Part shown: positions 10,624 to 19,524 of the stretch, in pieces | Position numbering within the stretch: position 1 is the stretch's first letter | How the letters are laid out: every line of letters begins with the position of its first letter | Assembly (NCBI GenBank): GCA_054600435.1 | Contig: BAAIJX010000001.1 | Coordinates: 620,001 to 684,000 of the forward strand | From: Neophaeotheca triangularis | Taxonomy: Eukaryota | Length of the DNA: 64,000 nucleotides | Reading direction: 5' to 3' | The notes under the pieces: model-generated | What the model was told of the DNA's origin: nothing | The model's input: only the letters and a program-made list of their open reading frames with translations | Databases searched by the model: none | Translations under genes and position numbers: made by a program

Positions 10624-11389
10624 ATGAGGATGCATAGATTGTGGCTACACTACACTACTATATTACGAGGTCTTTGATGAATAAAGGTGGAAGACGCATT
10701 TCCGTATTCCGTAAGGATGGTGCTTAAACCGTCTGTCCGCCGGTTACAGTACTGTCGACGGTCTGCGTGTGGCTACGGCTATGAACTCCCGACCTTGTCT
10801 TATGTGATCCGATCAACCGGAGTTACCCTTTGCTCAAACATATCCACTGCGACTGCGTACGCCAGGCGGTGTAGACTTGACCAGCGTGAGAGTTTGGGTG
10901 TGATCTTAGGTGCAAGCATCCAGCATGCGGCCATGTTCGCTTCGATTTCAGCGGACGAGCAGAAGAAAGGCGATGTTCGAGCCGTACACTACCCAGGCGC
11001 TCTTGCCACGGACGTAGCACATGTAGACATTCACTGGCAACCTTGGATGATGTTTAGACGGCTTTTGCCCATTGTAAAAGGTGATGGCTTTACTAGCTCG
11101 CCTCTCCAACACTTCATACAACCACCGACAAGCCCTGTTCATGATAGACACCAGTCTTCCCTATACGACGTGTCCCACACCGTCCGTCTGTAGCTCAAGT
11201 GACATAACTACGGCGCTCCGCCCTAGACTTGCACACATAGGAGGTAGATACAGTACCTATTGACTGTGCCTCGGTTGAACATTCCGCTTTGGGACAATAT
11301 TGAGAAGCCGATTTCAGGCTTGCAACTCAAGTCGAACTTCGACTCTCGAATGCGCCGGAACGCCTTATGCCAGCCAAAGAACTGTAATC

Positions 11390-13186
11390 ATGGGTAAAGG
11401 TATGTAAAACCACTCCCCAATGCTCTTTGAACACCGCTAATCGATTGGTTAGGCACCGACAAGTTGTACGTGAGTCTCAACCACCAACTACACACCACAT
11501 CCTCCTCTCTAACGCCGTTTACAGATCACCCACAGCGAGTGGAATTCCGAGGATGCATTCGGAGCCTCAGCCGGAGCGAATGCACGCAAGGCGGCCAACG
11601 GGAGCGTGAGCGCGAGCTTCAAGAGACTGCCCTTCAACTTTTGCGCCCTCTCACTTCTCCCGTTCGAACACCCCGTATGTACTGCCGAGGGAACCGTTTT
11701 CGACCTCACCAACATCCTACCATGGCTGAAGAAGCACGGCACAAATCCGGTGGATGGCAAACCTCTGAAGCGATCCGATTTGATCAAGCTTAACTTTGGA
11801 AAGAATGATGCTGGCGAATACGTCGATCCTGTGACATATAAGGTGCTCACGGATAATACCCATGTGGTCGCGCTGAAAACTACTGGAAATGTGTACTCTT
11901 GGGATACCGTAGAGAGGCTGAATATCAAGGCGAAGAACTGGCACGATCTTCAGGATGAGTCGGAATTTTCGCGAAAGGACATTATTACGATCCAGGACCC
12001 GCAGAACATAGAGTCGCGAGATCTGAGCAAGTTCAAATACCTTCAGGATGGCGAGGATACTCTCACAGAGGAGCAAAAGGCCGAGAGGTCAGCCGGTGTC
12101 AAGACAGATGCATTAGGCTCAGCAGGCAAGATCCTCAAAGCCAAAGAAGCTGTCGCAAAAGCCCGGGCAGAGCGCGAGAAAAAGGATGTTTCCTCAGCAG
12201 AAGCGCAAGCTCTCTCCAAATCCCGCGGTGCTCACGCCTCAGTCTCACAAACCGCCCGGTCCGCCAAACCAACCCCCTACAATGCAGCCCAATATACCAA
12301 CGGGCAAGCCGCCGCCTCCTTCACCTCCACTGGCCTCACCCCCAACACCTCCAACGAACGCCACATCTACAGCGACGAAGAATACATGCTGCAACCCAAG
12401 CGCGTCAAGCTGACCGGCTACGCCCGCATGGAAACCAACCACGGCTCCCTCAATCTAGAACTCTACCCCGAACACGCGCCCAAAGCCGTCTGGAACTTCA
12501 TCCAACTCGCCAAGCAAGGCAAATACCGCGACATCTCCTTCCACCGCAACATCAAGAACTTCATGATCCAGGGGGGCGACCCGAGCGGTACCGGGAGAGG
12601 CGGGCAAAGCTGCTGGGGCAAACCATTCGCTGACGAATTCGACGGCCCGCTCGCCCACGACACCCGCGGTGTCTTGAGCATGGCAAACAAGGGCAAAGAC
12701 ACAAACACTTCACAATTCTTCATCACTTACCGGCCTGTGCCGCACTTGAACAACAAGCACACGATCTTCGGCCGGGTGGTCGAGGGCGAAAACACGACGC
12801 TACGCAAACTGGAGTCCGTGGACGTGGACGAAGGGTCCAAACCCCTCGACCCGTGCGTTTTGCGCGACGTAGTCGTCTACCTAGACCCTTTCGAGGAGTT
12901 CTTGGCGCAGCGCGATAGCAAGGAAGCCGAGGAGGCGAGGAAGCGGCAACAGGAGTTGGAAGGCGGTGCCGAGGACGAGCGGACTACGTGGACGGGTAAG
13001 CGGATTCGCAAGGATGGCAAGGTGGAAGACGAGGGTGGGGAAGGAGGGGTGGGGAGGTATTTGAAAGCCGCGAGCGAGATGATGCCCGGGGAGGAGGAGA
13101 TTGTGGAGGAGGTTGATGAGGGGATGGCGCCGCCGCCCGCGAAGAAGAAGAAGGGTGCGGGGTTTGGGAATTTTGACGCGTGGTGA
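11390..13186 (+). CDS. peptidyl-prolyl cis-trans isomerase-like 2 (Cyp60/PPIL2; U-box + cyclophilin); exons 11390-11399, 11453-11469, 11525-13186
   Basis: Spliced start MGKGTDKLYITHSEW; U-box region FKRLPFNFCALSLLPFEHPVCT; cyclophilin FHRNIKNFMIQGGDPSGTGRGG; ends FGNFDAW. Confidence 0.93.
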
Positions 13187-13559
13187 GGGGATTGTTCTTA
13201 TAATCTGTGGATGGCGGATCGTGTTTGTACGTTGAGGCTTCCTAGTTCGTAGAACGTGTTCATGACGCTCGGTCGTATGGTGTGGTATGGTCGTTACGGT
13301 CTTCAGTGCTGTCATGGTGAAGCCTCAGCTTTCTCGAAAGCGTTAGTTGAGTCTTTCGGTCTCGTCGCGACGATATCAGCCCACTTCTACGCCGTTGAAA
13401 CAAAGAGTCGACAAAGCTCGCATCTGCTTCTGTACCTGGGCCGATGGAGTGCGTCGTGTCTCGTGAATGTCATTTTTTCTTATCTCTATCTCGTGCTGGC
13501 ATCGCTGCAACGTCGCGAATGAAAACCGATTCACTACACAAGAGATCTTTTACTCCTCT

Positions 13560-13780
13560 ACCCATGTACTACTTATTGTTCTGCTTGCTTACCTACTTAC
13601 TCTTACTTACTCCTCTACTCATTTACTTACTTACTTACTTAGTCACTTACTTAGTCACTTACTCTTACTTACTTACTTACTCTTACCTACTCCTCTACTC
13701 ACTTACTCACTTACTTACATAGTCACTTAGTCACTTACTTACTTACTATTGTTTACTCCTCCACTCACTCACTTACCCTA
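13560..13780. repeat. degenerate (TACT/TTAC)n low-complexity repeat
   Basis: Runs of acttactt, actcactt and agtcacttactt visible. Confidence 0.9.
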
Positions 13781-14000
13781 TGCCCTCAGAAAGGTACACT
13801 CGATCCAAGCCAAAAGGCTGTGATGAAGCCCACCCCTGCCACGACTTATGACCACCCATGTGGCAAGCGCAGTGAGTCCCACGGCTTTTGGCACGGAGCT
13901 ATGGCTGAGTAAGCCGCGCTAAGCGCACAGGCCCACTGCGCAGACACAAAACCGAGCTGCTCTTCCAGTTCTCTCCGTCTCCTTTTCTTCTTCTCCTCTC

Positions 14001-14189
14001 CAGCTCTCTTTGCCTTTTGGCTTAGATCAAGTGTAGTATCTGTTCTTTTCAGTTTAATCTCTGAAACGGTCCTACGGGACCTTCAAGATTATTCTTATTT
14101 TTGTCACCCGACGGTGAGCTCCTGTGCTTGCGCATGCTCACCGTCACCGTGTCGCTGGTATCGCACTACTTCCAGCTGACGCGAACCAC
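14001..14189 (+). ncRNA. U2: U2 spliceosomal snRNA
   Basis: ctctttgccttttggcttagatcaagtgtagtatctgttcttttcagtttaatctctgaaa matches the conserved U2 5' region, including the branch-site recognition sequence GTAGTA and stem IIa; Sm site tatttttg at about 14096-14103; two 3' stem-loops (gacggtgagc...gctcaccgtc and gctgg-tatcgcacta-...ccagc). Ends approximate. Confidence 0.93.
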
Positions 14190-15124
14190 TACCTTTTTTT
14201 TTCATCACGCTCTTGTTGCTTTTGCGCAAGGTCTTGGAGAAGAAACCTGACTTGCGCCGCTGGCCTATGGACATTATACATTGTATGCACTCAGTCTCAA
14301 ACAAATATCGAGCCTGTACGTGTGCGAGGCCATTAAAGTCTCGGCGTTACAGGACCGCGAACGCAGCGGCTGCTTTCTTGCCAACCCAAGCTCCCCCTGG
14401 ACAGGATACCAGCACTTCGCTCTACCACTGAGGCAACACACCTGAGAAGACGACCTTCACGTGAGGCGGAGCGGACCACGGAAGTAGAAAGAAAAGGCAG
14501 CATGAACGACCTGGACATTCTGAAGGACCCAAGCTACCATCTTCACCGCGTTCAGTCTGGTCTTGATTCCCACGTCTCTGGCTAAAGCACAATACCTACG
14601 ATTCCTCGTTGTCTGGATATGCCGTCAAGAAAGCTCCAATTACACCTCGTGAATGACTGCTTCTCTGCATTCGGCTGCCTCGGTAGGCGCAAATGCCACG
14701 CGATGCGCCTCATCTGAAGCTGTTACCGGATTCGGCAATGCCGACGAGGTCTCCCTTTATGCCATGTGGAGATGGGATGGTCGTTCGTAGTTTCTAGAGC
14801 ATCGATTCCATGGCAGGGCAGTCTTCACTGGCTGGATTGGAGTCATGCCGTCACAAGCCTTTGTCGTTCAAGAACAATATCAAGCACAACCACAAAGGCA
14901 ACTTCCCATACCCGGCCCATTACAGCTACTCGACAACAATACTAACGGCAATCGAGCATCTGCAATGGCTACACCAATCTCCAAGAAGCCTTTCTCTCCT
15001 CTGTTCTGCAACCAACCAACAATCTCCAGCGCCAGCTACTTAAGCACAACCAAATCCCAACCGAAGACATTTTCTCCCTCCACCGATATCCAACACTTTA
15101 TCAAACTACACACACTCGTTCAAG

Positions 15125-15195
15125 GTAAGCCTGAACTTCCACCTCCAACACCTCTCCCCCAATCCACCAGCAACTAACACTCCTCCCCCCCGCAG
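15125..15195 (+). other. predicted 5'-UTR intron of the pheromone-like gene
   Basis: gtaagc donor, ctaac branch point, pyrimidine tract and cgcag acceptor 31 nt before the ATG at 15227. Confidence 0.7.
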
Positions 15196-15226
15196 TCACC
15201 GACTTACCCAACCAACCAAAATCAAC

Positions 15227-15391
15227 ATGTACGCCACCACCACCACCACCGACTTCGCCAACGAGAAGCGCAGGGGCGCTCCTCTCTCCGGCTGCGAGCT
15301 CCAGAGGCGCCGCCGCGGTGCCCCCCTGTCCGGCTGCGAGCTCCAGAGACGCCGCCGCGGCGCTCCCCTCTCCGGCTGCGAGCTCATGTAA
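15227..15391 (+). CDS. putative lipopeptide (a-class/hybrid-type) mating pheromone precursor, 54 aa, three GAPLSGCEL(Q/M) repeats
   Basis: MYATTTTTDFANEKRRGAPLSGCELQRRRRGAPLSGCELQRRRRGAPLSGCELM*; terminal CaaX-like CELM; no signal peptide; repeat differences are synonymous; good start context (atcaacATG). Confidence 0.82.
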   Translation: MYATTTTTDFANEKRRGAPLSGCELQRRRRGAPLSGCELQRRRRGAPLSGCELM

Positions 15392-16120
15392 GCTGCCCAC
15401 ACTCCTCCTCTCCACCATTAGACGGAGTTGAGTCGTAGCTTGCGCCACCCAAGAAAACCACCCCCTACTCAAGCACGCCGGCCGGGCGATTCGAAGGTCG
15501 ACAACTACCACTACAAACACCACGGAAAAGGAAAACGACGAAAAAAAAAAAAAAGGGACTTTTTGATTCTTCTCGCGCCATGCACGCAGGACGACGACGC
15601 CCGTGAGACCTGGGTCTCCGGCTGTTTTTTTCTTCGCCCTGCCAGTGCGGTATTCGACCGGATGCTGCGCTTGTTTTTACATACAACCCACCAAAACATT
15701 TACTCGGTCTTGGAGTTGCGGTTTTGTTTTTGCGGCAAGGGATTGCGTCTTGGATGGGCTTGTCACCGGGCTTAGATAGGAGCTTTTTTCTTGAGAATGC
15801 AGAACTTATTGCGCTCCAAAGTCTGATCCACCTTTTCTTTCTCTTTCTGCTTAGTTTGCAAGTCATTTTGTATTGCTGTGGTTCACTCTACTGACCTTGT
15901 CTCCGTCTTGCGCAGTGCGACCGCGCAGTTATTCCCGATGCTGCGAATTTCGAGGTGAGGTCTTGAAAGAACAAAGCCAATGTGATGGAAAGCTAGGTAT
16001 TGTTCTCGCAGAGCACAAAGCGGAAATGCGCCCAGCTTCACCCAACGTATGTCAGAGAGGACTATCGAGGTATAACCCCTACACGCACAGGGAACGCCGC
16101 ACGCATCTGAATACCTCCAA

Positions 16121-18979
16121 TCAAAAAATACCCCAACCCTTCTTCCGCTTCCCTTCACTCTCCGTCTGCGAACCCCTCGAGCCCCTCCTCTTTTCCACCC
16201 TCTCCAGTTCCCTCAACCCCTCCATTTCCTTCAGAACGTGCTCCAGCAAATCCTTCCTCCTAACCACATCCAAATGCCTTCGAATCTTCGGATCCTCCCG
16301 CGCGAATCTCTCAAGCGTAGATTCATCCAACTGCTTGAATTGTTGCTCCAGCACCCGCGGGAATTGATAGTAGAATTTACTCAAAAGCTCAGCATCGAGG
16401 AACAGGTCCGCCGTAGACGTGAGCTTGTCGGCGACGGCATCGAGGAAGATTTCCGGACAGTAGTATTTATTCTTCGGGTTTGAGCATTGCCGGCTCTTGA
16501 CAGCCGCGAGCCGCATGCGGAGAATGTCCGAGCGGTCGCGCAGGAACAGCGCTTCCCGGCCTTTTTGCAAGAGTGCGGCGCTGAAACCTCCCGCCCCGCC
16601 TACGCCGTCGCCTTCGAGGACGACTTCGCCTTTGCGGACGCGGTCAATGAAGGCAACGACGTCTTTTGCTTTACGCCGCCCGCCGAGTGATTCTTCGATG
16701 CCCTTGGTGGCGTTCTCGCAGTCGCGGAGTTCGTGCTTGAGAACCTCAGTGATGTTATCTCTACCGCGGCGCCATTCGGCGTCGTCGAGCTCGATGCGAT
16801 ATTTGTAGGGTTTGACGCAGATCTCGAGCTCGTCGCTTGTATCGTAGGAAAGATCGCGGAGGATGTTCTCCGAGGCTTGCGTGATTGCTTGTACAGCGAA
16901 AGGATGGGCGGCAAAGGGGCTGCTTTTAATGAGGGTTTGGATCGAGTTTTGTAGGCTTTGGGCTGTAATTGTTGTGGCCAAGCGTCCAATACCTAGCTTG
17001 GTGAGAGTCGAAGTAGAGGCATCTAGCTTCAAGTGCCAGAGCGGGTTCTCAGGGTCGGCTTTTGGCAGCGACTCGAGTGGTTCTTGCACTGGTTCTGAAT
17101 GGGGGTTCAAGGGGCGCAGGGTCTCGACTGGGCGGTTCCAATATCGCTGAGCCAAAAGGTTGAGCACTTGCTGGTCAAGCTCACTCTTGACAATCTCCCT
17201 GACTTCCTTTCGGCCAAATGTGTCTGCAAGGCCCTTGAAAGAGTGCTTGAAAGTATCTAGGGACTCGGCAAGATGTGACTCCGCGCTGAGTGGACGCTCG
17301 TTGTATTGTACCTTGAACTCATAACTAGCTTCGGCGAGCTCGTGGTGGATAGCTTCGCTCGTGCTGGCAAGCGACGCACTCATGGTCGATTCAAGCACAT
17401 GCATCAGCTTCTTCCTCAAATTTGGTGTACCAGTCAATACCGAAGACGCCTCGCCGAAAGCTTCAGGGTGCGCATTGAAGTACGCCGACTCATTCCGCGT
17501 AATGGCGTTTGTGATGTTAGCTGAGCCCCGCGAGAAGAGCGACTTGGATTCTTGGGGAATCTTGCAGACGACACCGACATAACCCAGCCTCAGAGGATAG
17601 TTCTTGTCTGTCAAGATTTGCGTGCCTCGAGCCGGATCAACAAGGTCCATCTTCGTGACCACACCAATGGTCCGCTCGCCCCGTGGATCTACTCTTCGCG
17701 AGGCTCGGAGCGCAGTTGAATTGGCGAGATCGACGTCGGCTGCCGAGATGGCAAGGATCACGTTCGGTGGCTGAATGTACTTGTCGCATAGCTCTTGAAT
17801 TTTCGTCTTGAGCTCTGTTGGCTGGTCAAAAGCCTCGACCTGGATGTAACCTGGCAAGTCAATCAAGCTCAGATCCGGGACGTTGGGGGAGTGGATGCGC
17901 AACTGAATCGGATCGTCTGAGACACAGTCTGTTTCCGGCACGGCGAGGTTGAGATCAGTCAACGTCTTTTGAATCTGGCTGAAATCTGTGATCCTTCCGA
18001 GCCCTAAAGCCGGGAATTCGCCGTACTCTGCATGAGCTTTTGGTGTGTTGACAAGCGTCAGCTCTATTGGTCGTCTCGTGACCATGTTGGAGCCCTTTGG
18101 CAGAAACTCATGCCCAACAATAGCTTCCAGCACTGAGCTCTTCCCCGATGACTGCGATCCAACCACTACTATCGACGGCAGCGTGAGCGATTCGGACTGT
18201 CCGATCGTCTGAAGCAGCGACCGTATCTCAATCATCTTGCGAGTCAACATCATCATCTGGTCATCCCTTGCGGCCTTGTCGTCTGGACGAGTATCCTCCT
18301 CGCCATCAGCATCATAACCAAAAGCGGCCGCAGTCGCAGCACCAGCTCCAACAGCTCCAACGTTACTTTCACGAGGTTGATTCGGTCCACCGCCCCCTCC
18401 ACCACCTTCTCCTTCCTCCCTGCCTGCTCTTCCTTCGTATATATCCCTCATCCACTGCGGAAGCTTCGGGCCCTCACCCACATCATCCTTAGTCTTGTCC
18501 CAGCCCCTCCCCATCCGCTCATACACATCTGCCGCGCCCTCGAGGAACCCCTTGCCGGCAGCGCTAGCAGCATCTTTGGCAGTACTGAAAACACCAATCG
18601 CATAATTCCCCGCCTGAGCAGCCTGGTACTGCAAGTAGGCCAGACCACCAATCATGGCCGCCCCAAACATAGCCGGCAACCGCACCAGCTTCAAAGCAAG
18701 CTTGGGCAGAGCACGCGCAAATGAGGCATGTCGGACGGCGGGCAAGTTGTGGATAGCGTTGCGGCCATACGGCCATCGAGGTTGGGAAGCCCATCTTGAG
18801 CCCGTCGGAAGCAGGCCGCCCGTTCGAGAGAGCAAAAGGGCATTCGCAGGTCGGCGGGCAGCTACGGTGCTGCCGTGGCGTGTTGAGGCTACATTCTGTC
18901 CGGCGAGCGCGGGCCGACGTCCTAGGAGGCCTGCTTTCGCGGAGGAGACGAAGCGCGAGGACAGCAGCCTCGAAAGCAT
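16121..18979 (-). CDS. MGM1: mitochondrial dynamin-like GTPase Mgm1/Msp1 (OPA1 family)
   Basis: Presequence MLSRLLSSRF; TM segment; dynamin G motifs VVVGSQSSGKSS, VTRRP, DLPG, TKMD; intronless ORF. Confidence 0.95.
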   Translation of the reverse strand: MLSRLLSSRFVSSAKAGLLGRRPALAGQNVASTRHGSTVAARRPANALLLSRTGGLLPTGSRWASQPRWPYGRNAIHNLPAVRHASFARALPKLALKLVRLPAMFGAAMIGGLAYLQYQAAQAGNYAIGVFSTAKDAASAAGKGFLEGAADVYERMGRGWDKTKDDVGEGPKLPQWMRDIYEGRAGREEGEGGGGGGGPNQPRESNVGAVGAGAATAAAFGYDADGEEDTRPDDKAARDDQMMMLTRKMIEIRSLLQTIGQSESLTLPSIVVVGSQSSGKSSVLEAIVGHEFLPKGSNMVTRRPIELTLVNTPKAHAEYGEFPALGLGRITDFSQIQKTLTDLNLAVPETDCVSDDPIQLRIHSPNVPDLSLIDLPGYIQVEAFDQPTELKTKIQELCDKYIQPPNVILAISAADVDLANSTALRASRRVDPRGERTIGVVTKMDLVDPARGTQILTDKNYPLRLGYVGVVCKIPQESKSLFSRGSANITNAITRNESAYFNAHPEAFGEASSVLTGTPNLRKKLMHVLESTMSASLASTSEAIHHELAEASYEFKVQYNERPLSAESHLAESLDTFKHSFKGLADTFGRKEVREIVKSELDQQVLNLLAQRYWNRPVETLRPLNPHSEPVQEPLESLPKADPENPLWHLKLDASTSTLTKLGIGRLATTITAQSLQNSIQTLIKSSPFAAHPFAVQAITQASENILRDLSYDTSDELEICVKPYKYRIELDDAEWRRGRDNITEVLKHELRDCENATKGIEESLGGRRKAKDVVAFIDRVRKGEVVLEGDGVGGAGGFSAALLQKGREALFLRDRSDILRMRLAAVKSRQCSNPKNKYYCPEIFLDAVADKLTSTADLFLDAELLSKFYYQFPRVLEQQFKQLDESTLERFAREDPKIRRHLDVVRRKDLLEHVLKEMEGLRELERVEKRRGSRGSQTESEGKRKKGWGIF

Positions 18980-19524
18980 TCTCACCTGCTCATCGGCGAG
19001 CACGATCTGGCGTTTCTAGTAAGATAGCCAGTGAAAGGTAAGTGTTGGTCCGTTTCGGTATTCCTGAGGTTACATGTTTGTTTCGAAACCTTGACGTCGA
19101 GCACTGGAGGTCGTCACTGTGCTGACTAAGCATATCATGTCACGTGCATCTATCTAGCGCCGCTCAAATGCGAGGTAAGACTAGACTTCTGTAGACCATG
19201 GGAGTTGCAGTAGTCTGGGATGCAATATCAAGCGACGGAGAGTTAAGAAAACGCGAGTTCGTCGGCCGTAAAAGCGGTGCACATTTAGCCGAGGAAGAAG
19301 CCCCCCAGGCAAATGCGCATTGATTTGGGTATACAGGTAGACCTCGCTTGCTCGCTGATCCACGCCATCCTCTCCCGATAGCAGCAGGGAGAGCAACAGG
19401 GCACTCCAAACCAAGCCAAGAAGCCTCACACACAACCATCCAAGCCAAGCAACTTTCTTGCACAGTCACGACCACTCGTCGTGAACCCGCGCCAACTCGC
19501 AACTAGGCCCCCTCAAGCTCCCGC

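Noticed and set aside
10687..11193. 168-aa intergenic ORF
   Set aside because: GTG start, no motifs or coding-like bias; lies in terminator/promoter space between bio2 and cyp60.
13444..13730. Leu/Thr/Tyr-rich ORFs
   Set aside because: Translations of the TACT repeat.
14845..15177. 110-aa ORF as an upstream coding exon of the pheromone-like gene
   Set aside because: Splicing 15125-15195 puts it out of frame with the repeat peptide; its composition is that of a CA-rich promoter or leader.
15227..15391. Secreted KEX2-processed repeat protein or dikaritin-type RiPP precursor
   Set aside because: No signal peptide and no adjacent DUF3328/UstYa-type or other tailoring genes; a terminal CaaX-like motif fits a prenylated peptide better.
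15101..15523. Minus-strand ORFs over the 42-nt repeat, or reading the repeat as CRISPR-like
   Set aside because: Repeat variation is synonymous in the plus frame ending in CELM; there are no unique spacers and the context is eukaryotic.
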